Source: Alphaproteobacteria bacterium (GTDB lineage Bacteria > Pseudomonadota > Alphaproteobacteria > Rs-D84 > SZUA-605). From it: a DNA stretch of 64,000 bases. The stretch's first letter is position 1; each line of letters starts with the position of its first letter. The translations under genes and the position numbers were made by a program. Of this stretch, positions 1 to 10,450 are shown one piece after another. The DNA is taken from assembly GCA_031549385.1 (NCBI GenBank), contig JAVBPW010000004.1:28184-92183 (forward strand), written 5' to 3'. The notes beneath the pieces were generated by a model. It made no database searches, had not been told where the DNA came from, and saw nothing but the letters and a program-made list of their open reading frames with translations.

Positions 1-481
1 GTCAGAAATAATAAAAATAAAGAAAAAAGCTGTCGATATAGTATTTACAACTCTAATAACACCTGGGCTAGAAATCTTTTCAAAACAAGCAAAAGAACTA
101 GGATATAATCCTAAATACACAGGGTTTGACGTTCTTCGTTATGCTCCAGAATTCTTTGAAGGGCAATGGTTTATAACAGATGCTCCTGGAACAAAAGAAT
201 TTACAAAACATTATATAAAAGAAACAAAGGAAAAATCTGTGACATCTTGTGTTTCAAATTTATATGATTCTTTAAAAATATTAGTAACTGGTTTTGAAGA
301 TACAGTGTTAAAAGGTGATGAAGTAATTCCAAATAACAAAGAAGTTGTGAAAACAATCTTAAATTTGAAAAATTTCAAGAGTGCAACAGGAAAGATTTAT
401 GTAGATGAAGAAGGAAATATTCATACATACCCAGAAATAAGTGTAATTAAAAATGGTAAAACAGAACCAATAGGCAAATAA
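1..481 (+). CDS. Branched-chain amino acid (Liv/HAAT-type) ABC substrate-binding protein, 5' truncated by the window edge
   Basis: Frame is open from position 2 (SEIIKIKKKAVDIV...YAPEFFEGQWFITDAPGT...SCVSNLYDSLK...VDEEGNIHT). Clearly paralogous to the C-terminus of 1227..2330. Confidence 0.8.
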   Translation, partial: SEIIKIKKKAVDIVFTTLITPGLEIFSKQAKELGYNPKYTGFDVLRYAPEFFEGQWFITDAPGTKEFTKHYIKETKEKSVTSCVSNLYDSLKILVTGFEDTVLKGDEVIPNNKEVVKTILNLKNFKSATGKIYVDEEGNIHTYPEISVIKNGKTEPIGK

Positions 482-482
482 C

Positions 483-1217
483 ATGAAACCAATAATAAGT
501 GTAAAAAATTTATCTAAACATTTTGGTGGGCTAAAAGCAATAGACGACCTAACAACAGAAATCCCACAAGGTACAACTACAGGGTTAATAGGTCCAAATG
601 GTTCAGGTAAAACTACATTAATGAATATTCTCACAGGTATTTTAAAACCAGAACAAGGAAGTATTCAAATCAATGATAAAACCTTTACATCTATCGATTC
701 GACATCTTTAAGAAAATTAAAAATAGCTCGTACTTTTCAAGACGGACGCCTAATAGGTCAATTATCAGTAGAAGACAATCTTTTACTAACAACAGCAAAG
801 AATGGTTTATTTAAAAGTATGTTTGACTTTGCTTGTCGCAAACAAAGAAAAAGAATGGAAGAAGTTTTAAAGATAATCCACCTTAAAGATCATCGTAAAA
901 AGAATGCAGAAGAATTATCCTATGGCCAAGGCAAGCTTCTTGAAATAGGCCGTACCTTAATGCAAGATCCAGATATATATTTCTTTGACGAACCATTCAC
1001 AGGTTTATTTCCACAAGTGGTCGAACAAGTAATGGAAATAATGCAAGATTTAAAAGCACAAGGCAAAACCTTAGTAATTATTGAACACAACATGGAATTA
1101 ATTTCCAGACTATGTGAACATATAATCGTTCTCGATTATGGAAAATTACTATCATCAGGCAAGCCATGTGATGTATTGGCAAACAAACAAGTACAAGAAG
1201 CATATTTAGGAAAATAG
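483..1217 (+). CDS. livG: LivG-like ABC transporter ATP-binding protein
   Basis: KHFGGLKA N-terminus, Walker A GPNGSGKTT, ARTFQ, LSYGQ signature, FFDEP, IEHNM, VQEAYLG C-terminus. Confidence 0.85.
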   Translation: MKPIISVKNLSKHFGGLKAIDDLTTEIPQGTTTGLIGPNGSGKTTLMNILTGILKPEQGSIQINDKTFTSIDSTSLRKLKIARTFQDGRLIGQLSVEDNLLLTTAKNGLFKSMFDFACRKQRKRMEEVLKIIHLKDHRKKNAEELSYGQGKLLEIGRTLMQDPDIYFFDEPFTGLFPQVVEQVMEIMQDLKAQGKTLVIIEHNMELISRLCEHIIVLDYGKLLSSGKPCDVLANKQVQEAYLGK

Positions 1218-1226
1218 GAGCAAAAG

Positions 1227-2330
1227 ATGAAAAAAATAATATGGGCAATAGGAATAATAATGGTGTCAGGTTTAATAGTAGCCTTCTGTATGCCGAGAAA
1301 CAAAGACATAACAAAACCAATAATTAAAATAGGCATATTACTTCCATTAACAGGCAATTCAGCATTTGCAGGTATTCCAGTTCAAAAAGCAATCAATATA
1401 GCTCTTGAAGATATCAATTCAGAAAGAAAATTGAAATACACTTATGAAGTAATTTATTCAGACACACAAAACAATCAAAAGAAAGCATTAACAAATGCAA
1501 CAGGTCTAAATTCTATCAATAAAGTTAATGCATATATAACAATGTGGTCACCAGCTGGATTAACAGTTTCTCCATATGCAGAAAAAAACAAAAAAATCCA
1601 TATAGGTTGTTCATGGGGTTATGACATAGCAAAAGGTTATTATAACTTTAACCATGCAACATTTCCAGATGAACAAGCAGATGCTTTGATAAAGGAATTA
1701 AAGAAAAAAAATATAACTAAGCTAGGAATGATTTGGTTAGCAGACAAAGCTCAACAAGAATTGGTAGAAATTATAAAAAACAAATTAACACAAAATAATA
1801 TAGAAGTTTCTTTTGATAATATGGTAATTGGTGAACCAAAAGATTTTAAAACACTAATTATGAAGATGAAACAAAAAGATGCTCAAATGTTATTAATATT
1901 GATGCTCCCACCATCAATAAATATATTATCAAAACAGATGAAAGAAGAGGGATATGATATTCCAAAAACAAGTATAGAATACTTCACATACGTTCCAGAT
2001 TTATTTGAAGGCCAATGGTATATAAGTGATGCATTAGGAACTTCAGACTTCGGTGCAGACATGAAAAAAAGAACAGGTGAAGACTTAAATTCATGTATGG
2101 CTAATTTATATGACAGTTTAAAGATATTAATAAACGCCTATGAAATAACACCCTTAAAAGAAGGTCAAATAGTCCCAGAAAACGATGCAGTATCAAAAAC
2201 AATCTTAGACATGAAAAAGATAAGAAGTGTAATGGGCAAAATTACAATAGACCAAGAAGGTAATATTCATACCAAACCTACATTAAAGATAATCAAGAAC
2301 GGTAAACCAGAAATAATAAAAGGAAAATAA
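1227..2330 (+). CDS. Liv-type ABC substrate-binding protein
   Basis: N-terminal hydrophobic anchor, IKIGILLPLTG motif, PBP1-like length, SD AGGAG upstream. Confidence 0.8.
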   Translation: MKKIIWAIGIIMVSGLIVAFCMPRNKDITKPIIKIGILLPLTGNSAFAGIPVQKAINIALEDINSERKLKYTYEVIYSDTQNNQKKALTNATGLNSINKVNAYITMWSPAGLTVSPYAEKNKKIHIGCSWGYDIAKGYYNFNHATFPDEQADALIKELKKKNITKLGMIWLADKAQQELVEIIKNKLTQNNIEVSFDNMVIGEPKDFKTLIMKMKQKDAQMLLILMLPPSINILSKQMKEEGYDIPKTSIEYFTYVPDLFEGQWYISDALGTSDFGADMKKRTGEDLNSCMANLYDSLKILINAYEITPLKEGQIVPENDAVSKTILDMKKIRSVMGKITIDQEGNIHTKPTLKIIKNGKPEIIKGK

Positions 2331-2331
2331 T

Positions 2332-3456
2332 ATGAAAAAATTAATCATAGCAGTATTAATAATAGTAGCAATAGGTGCAATTTTACTTTTATCAAACAAA
2401 CCTTCAAATGCTCCAATAGGTGATAAACCAACTGTTAAAATAGCAGCATTATTTCCTATGACAGGCGATGCAGGAGTATATGGTCAAATTTCACAAAAAG
2501 TATCTAAAATGTTTTTAGACGAATTTAATAAGAACAATCCTAAAGCTAAATATAACTATGAAGTAATATTTGAAGATGTTCAATTATCATCTGCAAAAGC
2601 AGTATCAGCTTTAAAGAAAGTAGTTCATATAGATAAAGCAGATGCAATAATGTCAGTTCAATCTTCAGTAGCTTTAGTAATAAATCCAGAGGCTGAGAAG
2701 AATAAAATAATTCAATTAAGTTTTGCATCAGATCCAGCTGTAGCAAAAGGAGAATATAATTTCAGAATAGGTGCCGATATAAAACAAGTTGTAGATATGA
2801 CAATCGCACGAATGAAAAAGCAAGGTATAAAAAAAGTATCAGCTGTTATTTTGGTTGGTGATGTAGCAAGTTATATAACAGGAAAAGCATTTGAAGAACA
2901 AATGAAGAAAGAAAAAGATATTGAATTAGGCTCAGTTTCATTAGTTAATTTTACAGACAAAAATTTTGATGTAATAATAGAAAAAATCAAAAAAGAAAAT
3001 TCAGACATGATTTTATTAGAAGCTCTTCCTCCAGTATCAGATTTGTTTTTAAGAAGAATGAAAATGTTAAATTTAAATATTCCAGTAACAGGAGCATGGA
3101 CATTAGCCTCTTTAAGCGATAAGAGTTTAGCCGAAGGAATGTGGGCGTTTGATGATGCTGTAACAGATCCAGTTTTTGAAAAAAAATTCCAAGAAACAAT
3201 AGGAGCAACAGGTGGAACATTCTACAGTGAATATACATATGCTATATTAACAGTATTAACAAACGCATGGGAAAACACTCCATCAGAACCAGGAAAAAAG
3301 CCAACTTCAGAAGAAGTAGTAAAAACTATGATGAAAAAAACTAAAGGTTTAAAATCATCATTAGGAACACTTGATATAGACCAAGAAGGTAATGTAACTC
3401 TTCAAGGTGTAATCAAAACTATCAAAAATGGTAATTTTATAATTGAAAAGGAATAA
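2332..3456 (+). CDS. Liv-type ABC substrate-binding protein
   Basis: VKIAALFPMTG, IFEDVQ, YNFRI motifs; paralog of its neighbours. Confidence 0.8.
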   Translation: MKKLIIAVLIIVAIGAILLLSNKPSNAPIGDKPTVKIAALFPMTGDAGVYGQISQKVSKMFLDEFNKNNPKAKYNYEVIFEDVQLSSAKAVSALKKVVHIDKADAIMSVQSSVALVINPEAEKNKIIQLSFASDPAVAKGEYNFRIGADIKQVVDMTIARMKKQGIKKVSAVILVGDVASYITGKAFEEQMKKEKDIELGSVSLVNFTDKNFDVIIEKIKKENSDMILLEALPPVSDLFLRRMKMLNLNIPVTGAWTLASLSDKSLAEGMWAFDDAVTDPVFEKKFQETIGATGGTFYSEYTYAILTVLTNAWENTPSEPGKKPTSEEVVKTMMKKTKGLKSSLGTLDIDQEGNVTLQGVIKTIKNGNFIIEKE

Positions 3457-3458
3457 AA

Positions 3459-4556
3459 ATGAAAAAAGTTATTTTAGGTATAGTATTTATATTAATAATA
3501 GCAACAAGTCTTCTTATTTTTAATAAGAAACCAATTGTTCAATCAGACAGACCAACAGTTAAAATAGGTATATCTCTACCGCTATCAGGTGATGCCGCAG
3601 TTTATGGTGAAAGTGCAAAACAAGCAGTAAAAATATTCTTTGATAATTTTAATAAAGACAAATCATTTTATAACTATGAAATAGTCTATGAAGATGACCA
3701 ATTTCAAGCTTCAAAAGCAGCAACAGGTGTAAACAAGATGATATCCATTAACAAAATAGACGCAGTTCTAACATTCATGTCACACATAGGCTCAGCAATA
3801 AGCCCAATAGCTAAAAGAAACAAAGTGCTACATATGTCAGTTGCTACAGATCCAAAGATAGCTGACGGTGAATATAATTTTACAGTTTCAACATCAGCTA
3901 AAGATGAGATGAATAGATTAATAAAAAATTTTGAAAGAATGAAAATCCAAACAGTAGAATTTGTTACAACAAACACCTCAGGAGGAGTTATATTTTTAGA
4001 AGCCTTTAAAGAAGCAATTAAAGGGAAGAGCATAATATTAAAAGCAACTCATTCAATTAATCCAACAGACCGTGACTTTCGTCCACTCCTACAAAAGATA
4101 AACAACTCAAAACCAGATGTAGTAGTAGTCCAATTATTCACTCCAGCAGTATCAATCTTTGTAACCCAATATCATCAACAAGGAATGAAAATTTCTTTAA
4201 CAAGCGCAGAAGGTTTTTCATTTATAGAAGATAAAAACATAATAAATGATTTTTATTATGTTGATGCTGCTCCAGCTTCACAAAATTATATAGAACAATA
4301 TAAAAAAGTTGCAGGCAATGAAACAACAAACTATTCAGAATATGTTTATACAATGTTACAAGTTTTGGTTTCAAGTTTTGAGCAATATGCAAAAGAAGTA
4401 ATAGACACAAAAGAAGTAAGTAAAATAATAAATGAAAAGACAACTGGAATGTCTACAGCAATTGGAAAAATAATAACATATCCCAAAGGCGTAATAGACG
4501 CTCCTGGAGTTTTAAAGCACGTACAAGATGGAAAGGTGGTAATTGTAAATGATTGA
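3459..4556 (+). CDS. Liv-type ABC substrate-binding protein
   Basis: VKIGISLPLSG, YEDDQ, DRDFRPLL motifs. Confidence 0.8.
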   Translation: MKKVILGIVFILIIATSLLIFNKKPIVQSDRPTVKIGISLPLSGDAAVYGESAKQAVKIFFDNFNKDKSFYNYEIVYEDDQFQASKAATGVNKMISINKIDAVLTFMSHIGSAISPIAKRNKVLHMSVATDPKIADGEYNFTVSTSAKDEMNRLIKNFERMKIQTVEFVTTNTSGGVIFLEAFKEAIKGKSIILKATHSINPTDRDFRPLLQKINNSKPDVVVVQLFTPAVSIFVTQYHQQGMKISLTSAEGFSFIEDKNIINDFYYVDAAPASQNYIEQYKKVAGNETTNYSEYVYTMLQVLVSSFEQYAKEVIDTKEVSKIINEKTTGMSTAIGKIITYPKGVIDAPGVLKHVQDGKVVIVND

Positions 4557-5268
4557 ACTAAAAAACATCAACGCAGGTTATACAAGCAAAAGATTAGTAT
4601 TACATGATATCTCAACAACTATCATGTCCAATACTATTACAGTAGTAATGGGACCAAACGGAGCAGGCAAATCAACGCTTTTAAAGGTTATGTATGGATT
4701 ATTAAAGCCAAGCTCTGGCTCAATATTAATAGACAGAAAAAAAACAACTCCACGTCCACAGAATTTAGTAGAACAAGGAATATTTATGATTCCACAAGGT
4801 AACAGGGTTTTCCGTAATATGACAGTTCTTGAAAATTTTGAACTAACAACTCACTTTTGGAAAGACAAAAGTGATTTTGATAAAAAATTAAAAGAGGTGT
4901 TAAATTTCTTTCCAGATTTAAAGACTCGTCTAAATGAAAAAGCAAAGAATTTATCTGGTGGACAGCAACAAATGGTTGCAATAGCAAGAGTTTTACTCAA
5001 CAACCCAAAATTAGTATTACTAGACGAGCCATCAATAGGTCTATCACCAAAGCTAATTCAAGACACATTTGAAAGAATAAGAATAATAAAAGAAAAAACA
5101 GGTACAGGTTTTGTAATAGTAGAACACAATCTAAAATCATTATTACCTCTAACAGATCATGCATATATATTGGATCAAGGAAGAGTAATATATGACGGTC
5201 CATCAGAAACAAAAACCTTAGATAAAATGATGACCAGTATCTTTAAAAACAACGATTGTAATATTTAA
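4549..5268 (+). CDS. livF: LivF-like ABC transporter ATP-binding protein
   Basis: INAGY, GPNGAGKST, FPDLKTR, LSGGQQQM, LLDEPSIGLSP. Confidence 0.85.
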   Translation: MIELKNINAGYTSKRLVLHDISTTIMSNTITVVMGPNGAGKSTLLKVMYGLLKPSSGSILIDRKKTTPRPQNLVEQGIFMIPQGNRVFRNMTVLENFELTTHFWKDKSDFDKKLKEVLNFFPDLKTRLNEKAKNLSGGQQQMVAIARVLLNNPKLVLLDEPSIGLSPKLIQDTFERIRIIKEKTGTGFVIVEHNLKSLLPLTDHAYILDQGRVIYDGPSETKTLDKMMTSIFKNNDCNI

Positions 5269-5278
5269 TATACGATTC

Positions 5279-5306
5279 TTGACATTCTGATAAAAAAGAG
5301 TATCTT
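5279..5306 (+). promoter_or_regulatory. Putative sigma70 promoter
   Basis: TTGACA-16 nt-TATCTT upstream of the orphan at 5340. Confidence 0.5.
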
Positions 5307-5339
5307 TACATGATATTTTAAACAATCAAACTTAAATAA

Positions 5340-5888
5340 ATGAAAACAGTAATATTTACAGTACTCCTAATATTAGGAGCAGGGCATCTTTTAGCCCAAG
5401 AAGAAAACCAAGCAGCAGTGCCAATGCAACTACGCTTCAGGTCAGAGATATTTTTTGGACCTGGGGAAGGTATGCTAACAAGAGCGGGTATGGCCTATGA
5501 CGGCCTATATTTATTCGGTCAAGTACTAAGTATGCCAAATTCATACAAATACGGTGGCGGTTTTTTGTACGATTGTACAATAAACAAAACATCAATCAGA
5601 GTATTGGCAGCCTACAACGAATGGGTAGAACCTAATAATTGGTATGGTTACATAGGTTTATTTCAAGACCTTGGTCTTGACCTTCCAATAAACCTTCAAC
5701 CAACTGTACTAATGAATACGGAATTAGACACCTCATTAGGTCTCTGGGTTCCATTTAAATTGGGGCAACACTTTACGGTGGGTTTTTGGTTTTATAAATC
5801 TATATTTAATAGACATGGCTTTTATTGGGGAGAAAATCTCTGGGAAGTTGATTTATTCATAGATTTATGGAAAAAGAAGCGGCATTAA
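5340..5888 (+). CDS. Hypothetical exported protein, possibly a small outer-membrane beta-barrel
   Basis: Sec signal peptide (…HLLA|QEE), aromatic/Gly-rich alternating beta-strand pattern, own promoter and terminator. Confidence 0.55.
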   Translation: MKTVIFTVLLILGAGHLLAQEENQAAVPMQLRFRSEIFFGPGEGMLTRAGMAYDGLYLFGQVLSMPNSYKYGGGFLYDCTINKTSIRVLAAYNEWVEPNNWYGYIGLFQDLGLDLPINLQPTVLMNTELDTSLGLWVPFKLGQHFTVGFWFYKSIFNRHGFYWGENLWEVDLFIDLWKKKRH

Positions 5889-5902
5889 TATGCCGTTTTT
5901 TA
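5879..5902 (+). terminator. Intrinsic terminator
   Basis: GCGGCAT-TAAT-ATGCCGT followed by a T-tract. Confidence 0.65.
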
Positions 5903-5956
5903 TTTAGGAAAATGTACCTACAGCTTTTATTCCTAATTTCTGTTATAAAATAAAGC

Positions 5957-7126
5957 ATGAAGAAATTTTTTATGTTTTTAACAATAATAATACCAAATAA
6001 AAGGTTAAGACGAAAAGTTCGTACTTATATAAAAAGATTTTACTTTAAAGGTATTTTTAAATTTTCACCTAATAAAGAATTAATAAATTTTAATGAAAGA
6101 GTTGTTCGTACAAATTCAGTATTAATGATAGAAATAAATAGTTTTCATGGAGAAGTTCTTCCAGGCTTTGCAAAGTATTTATTAGATTTAGGATATAATG
6201 TAGATTTATTAATAACAGAAGAAGTATATAACGAACAGCCTTTTAAACTATTTAAAGATGAAAGAATAAATATTTTCAAATTAGGTTTTCCAGACATAGA
6301 AAAAATTCAAAAAGAAAAGTTCAATGAATATGAATTTATCTTCATGAGTTCATCATCAAAGTTCTCAAGGCCATCTCCAGTGTATGGAGCATACAGTTCT
6401 ATGAAACGTTTTTTACAAGACACTCCACAAGGAAAAAATCCAACTATATTTGTATATCATGATATAGAAGAAGTAAATAAAAATTCTCATAAAAATAATG
6501 AGTTAAAAGTAATAACTCTAGGAAATATTAAAGGCGGAAAAATGGTCAACCCGCATTATTTTGGAGACGTAAAAATCACTGATAAAAATGACAAAACTGT
6601 ATTTTTGACAGCTGGCTATATCAACCCAAAAGCAAAAAATCACGATTTATTACTTAAAGCAATAAAAGATCTTTCAGATAAAAATTTAAACTTTGAGGTA
6701 GTAGTAATAGGGGGAGGAGATTTAAAGAATATTCCTGAAGAAGCAAAAAATTATATCAAATTTAAAGGTCGTCTAAATTTTCCAGACATGTATAAAGAAC
6801 TTGAGTCTGCAGATTTCTTTTTACCATTACTAGATCCAAACAATGAAGCTCACGAAAGATATATAACAACAGGAGTAACAGGATCATCTCAATTAATATA
6901 TGGATTTTTAAAGCCAACAATAATACATGGAAAATTTTCTAACTTTTATGGGTATAATGATAAAAATTCTATTATATATTATGATGATTTTTCAAATAAG
7001 ATGTCAGAAGCTATACAAATCAAACAATCAGAATATAAAGAAAAACAGGATAATTTAAAAAAATTATCCAACAAGATATATGAAGAATCTTTAAATAATT
7101 TAAGAGATTTAATTAATATAAATTAA
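5957..7126 (+). CDS. Putative glycosyltransferase (GT-B/GT4-like)
   Basis: FLTAGYINPKAKNHDLLLKAI and IKFKGRLNFPDMYKELESADFFL resemble the GT-B C-terminal domain. Confidence 0.6.
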   Translation: MKKFFMFLTIIIPNKRLRRKVRTYIKRFYFKGIFKFSPNKELINFNERVVRTNSVLMIEINSFHGEVLPGFAKYLLDLGYNVDLLITEEVYNEQPFKLFKDERINIFKLGFPDIEKIQKEKFNEYEFIFMSSSSKFSRPSPVYGAYSSMKRFLQDTPQGKNPTIFVYHDIEEVNKNSHKNNELKVITLGNIKGGKMVNPHYFGDVKITDKNDKTVFLTAGYINPKAKNHDLLLKAIKDLSDKNLNFEVVVIGGGDLKNIPEEAKNYIKFKGRLNFPDMYKELESADFFLPLLDPNNEAHERYITTGVTGSSQLIYGFLKPTIIHGKFSNFYGYNDKNSIIYYDDFSNKMSEAIQIKQSEYKEKQDNLKKLSNKIYEESLNNLRDLININ

Positions 7127-7225
7127 AAAATCTATATAAAACAAAGTGTTACTATTAAAACTTTTTCTTGCCATACTTAAACAAAAGCGCTAGTATACTA
7201 AGTATCACTAAAGGAGATATCATTT

Positions 7226-8215
7226 ATGGCACAGCAAACACTTCCAATAAGGAAGAAAAGAAATCCAACTAATTTAATTATGTCAGGTTTAGGCTTACTA
7301 TTTTTTGCAATAGCAGCTTATATGATTTACAAACAATTATCCCAATATACATTTGTAGAAATAAGAGACGCTATTCTAAATGTGCCAGCAAAGAATTTAA
7401 TGTTTGCAGGGCTTGCAGCTTTTTTAAGCTATATGGTGCTTTCATTATATGATTTTTTAGCCCTAAAATACATAGGCAAACGATCATTTATTTTCAGATG
7501 GATGATGGCTGGTTTTGCTGGATTTGCAGTAAGTAATAACGCAGGGCATGCAATAGTATCAGGAACAGCTATAAGATATCATTTATACAGACGTTGGGGT
7601 TTTACAATTCCAGACATTATAAAAATGGTAACATTTTCAACCTTTACATATACAATAGGCTGTTTTGCTCTTTTAATAGTAGGTTTTGTTTTAACACCAG
7701 AAGGAACAATAGGAAATGTATCAAGACTTTTGACAGTATCATTAGTTATCTTTTCAATAGTAAGTTTAACAGTGTATTTAACATCAGCAATTTTTGTAAA
7801 AAAGAAATTAACAATAGGAACATTTACATTAGAAATTCCATCTTTTAAACAAGCAATTTCACAAATAGTAATAGGTTCTTCAGATGTTATCTTAGCTTCA
7901 TTAGTTTTATATTCAGTGCTTGCTCCAACAATTGATCTTCCATTTGGAACGTTTTTAGGAGTATTCTTAATTGCGCAAGTTCTTGGAACATTCAGTCAAG
8001 TGCCAGGCGGCGTAGGAGTATTTGAAAGTATTTTCTTTTATGTATTGGCAGATACTGATGAAAAAGAAATTCCGTTGATTGCAGGGCTTGTAGTCTACAG
8101 ATTATTCTATTATGTATTACCATTATTAGTTGCAGCAGTTATGGTAGGAATTTACGAATTTCGTTTCAATCAAGGTAAAAGAAGATTGTTTAAAAAATGG
8201 GGACGTAAAAGATAA
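7226..8215 (+). CDS. Lysylphosphatidylglycerol-synthase TM / MprF flippase-domain protein (UPF0104), with no synthase domain
   Basis: Multi-TM; LSLYDFLAL, SGTAIRYHLY, SQVPGGVGVFE, YRLFYYVLP. Confidence 0.8.
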   Translation: MAQQTLPIRKKRNPTNLIMSGLGLLFFAIAAYMIYKQLSQYTFVEIRDAILNVPAKNLMFAGLAAFLSYMVLSLYDFLALKYIGKRSFIFRWMMAGFAGFAVSNNAGHAIVSGTAIRYHLYRRWGFTIPDIIKMVTFSTFTYTIGCFALLIVGFVLTPEGTIGNVSRLLTVSLVIFSIVSLTVYLTSAIFVKKKLTIGTFTLEIPSFKQAISQIVIGSSDVILASLVLYSVLAPTIDLPFGTFLGVFLIAQVLGTFSQVPGGVGVFESIFFYVLADTDEKEIPLIAGLVVYRLFYYVLPLLVAAVMVGIYEFRFNQGKRRLFKKWGRKR

Positions 8216-8216
8216 T

Positions 8217-9773
8217 TTAAATTAGACTTTCTGGTACTAATCTCATAAATTTGAATAAAAATCTTTTTAAGAGTGTAGTATCAGGGCTATGTCTAACTTT
8301 AATAATTTTCTTACTATAATAAGGTTTTCCAGTCCAAGTAGTTATAAGTTTTTCGATAGTAACTCTCCAAGAATTTTTAATATCGTTTTTAATTAAATTT
8401 TTTAAAATAGCAGCAAACTCTTTATTTTCAAAAACTGCAACAATTTCAGTATTATAAAGAGCAGAGCGGTGGTCTAAATTAAAACTTCCAATCCAAGACA
8501 ATTTATCATCAAAAACTATAGTTTTACTATGAAGGGAGGTAAAAAATTTAAACTTATCTTTTTTTACTTCATTTCCATTATTCATAAACTCATAAACTTT
8601 AACTTTATTTTTAATAAGTTTTCTTCTGTATCTCTCCCAAGCAGCATAAACAGAAGCTTGATTAGTAGAAGCTAAAGAATTAGTAACAACAGTAATCTCA
8701 ACCCCTTTCTTTTCTTCATCAATAAGGCTGCTTTGTCCGATTTTTCCAGGCACAAAATAAGCAGCAGAAATATAAATATCGCTAACTGTTTTTTTCCAAA
8801 GATATCGAAGCTCTTTTAAAATAGGTGATGGGTCATTAATTTTTTGTTCAGTAGTCTTTTCAATTTTTGAAGGCATATCGGCAATAATTCTCCCATTTCC
8901 CCAATAAAATTTAAATTTATTATTTTTATAATCATTAATAGTTTTTTCAACTAAGTCATCATATATCTTAGCGTCATCAGCTCTTTTTTTCATCTCATAA
9001 TCAAAATTTCTTTTTGATCTTTCATTTTGTCTTTCTCTAAAAAAAACTGGAAATAATTCAGCAGGGATAGCTAAATGATAATTCCAATAATCTTCAAAAG
9101 AAGCAAGAGCTTCAACAGCAATTTTTCCTAAAAATAAAACGTCGGTATCAGAAAAGTTAACAGATTTTTCAAGATAAAAATAATTATCAGCAATATTACG
9201 TCCACCAAGGATAACTGCAATTCCATCAACTATAAAAAGTTTATTATGCATACGGCAATTAAGACGTTTAAAATCAAAAAGAAATTGAAAATATCTAATA
9301 AATTTTTTTCTATATTTAAAAGTGTTAAAAATTTTAACTTGAATATTAGGATGTAAGTCCAGCATCATAATATCAGAAGTATCAGAATCAACGCCATTAT
9401 CATCAACTAAAATTCTGACTTTAACACCTCTATCTGCTGCCATTCTAAGTTCATTAATAAGTAATCGAGAAGAATTATCATCTTTAAATATATAGGTTTG
9501 AAGGTCAATACTTTTTTCAGCCAATCGAGCAAAAGCGCTTCTTAATATAAAAGCATCAAGTCCATTTTCGATAACTGCAGCTCCACTAGTTTTACAATTT
9601 TTTAATTTATCTTTATAATTTTTGGCAAGATTAGTAACCATACAATCAAAGCTGGGACATTTCTCAATATATTTAACTTTATATTGTAATGCTCTTTTAT
9701 CATTAGTTGAAGTAGGAACAATCCAAACAGTTAAAGCAAGAATAAGAAGTAAAATAGCAATGTAAAGACCCAT
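8217..9773 (-). CDS. Phospholipase D family protein (ClsC/YmdC-like cardiolipin synthase)
   Basis: Two HKD motifs (MHNKLFIVD, LHSKTIVFD), GGRNIADNYF, GSFNLDHRS. Confidence 0.85.
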   Translation of the reverse strand: MGLYIAILLLILALTVWIVPTSTNDKRALQYKVKYIEKCPSFDCMVTNLAKNYKDKLKNCKTSGAAVIENGLDAFILRSAFARLAEKSIDLQTYIFKDDNSSRLLINELRMAADRGVKVRILVDDNGVDSDTSDIMMLDLHPNIQVKIFNTFKYRKKFIRYFQFLFDFKRLNCRMHNKLFIVDGIAVILGGRNIADNYFYLEKSVNFSDTDVLFLGKIAVEALASFEDYWNYHLAIPAELFPVFFRERQNERSKRNFDYEMKKRADDAKIYDDLVEKTINDYKNNKFKFYWGNGRIIADMPSKIEKTTEQKINDPSPILKELRYLWKKTVSDIYISAAYFVPGKIGQSSLIDEEKKGVEITVVTNSLASTNQASVYAAWERYRRKLIKNKVKVYEFMNNGNEVKKDKFKFFTSLHSKTIVFDDKLSWIGSFNLDHRSALYNTEIVAVFENKEFAAILKNLIKNDIKNSWRVTIEKLITTWTGKPYYSKKIIKVRHSPDTTLLKRFLFKFMRLVPESLI

Positions 9774-9841
9774 AATGTTCCTTCATTAGGTGATAAATTA
9801 ATAATATATTATTTTTCGTTAAAAATCAAACGATTTTAGAA

Positions 9842-10450
9842 TTATGAAATTTTCTTACTAATAAATTTATTATCTTTTATAACAAATCGCCAAGGCATAT
9901 CTTTATATTCTTCAGCATAATCGATACCAATTCTTTTCCCAGAAAGCACTTCATAGTCATTATCTTTTGGGCAAATCCATATTTCATTACTATTGATTAA
10001 ATCAGCTCCATGAAGTTTTCCATCAATTCCAAAAGCCTGACAAAGTTTTCCAGGTCCAGTGGTTAGATTTTTAATATTTTTCAAACCTCGTCTTTGCATC
10101 ATAATATCAATTCCATCAACAGGTTCAACAGAACGAACAAGTATAGCATTAGCTACATCTTTTTCATTTGTTACAATATTAAACATATTATACATTCCGT
10201 AAACAAAATAAACATAAGAAACTCCACCTTCCTCAAACATAATTGAATTGCGAGGAGTTTTATTTTTATATGCGTGACAAGCTTTATCTTCACAACCTAT
10301 ATAAACTTCCACTTCAGTGATTTTTCCAACACACAACTTATTATCAACATTAGTACATAAATAAGCTCCCAATAAAATATCAGTAGCAACCTTAAAAGGA
10401 TCAAGCATATAATCTTTTTTCAAAAGTTTTTTATTACAATAATTCGCCAT
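9842..10450 (-). CDS. mpg: DNA-3-methyladenine glycosylase (MPG/Aag family)
   Basis: ITEVEVY, YVYFVYGM, AILVRSVEP, LTTGPGKLCQAFGI, RIGI, PWRF. Confidence 0.9.
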   Translation of the reverse strand: MANYCNKKLLKKDYMLDPFKVATDILLGAYLCTNVDNKLCVGKITEVEVYIGCEDKACHAYKNKTPRNSIMFEEGGVSYVYFVYGMYNMFNIVTNEKDVANAILVRSVEPVDGIDIMMQRRGLKNIKNLTTGPGKLCQAFGIDGKLHGADLINSNEIWICPKDNDYEVLSGKRIGIDYAEEYKDMPWRFVIKDNKFISKKIS

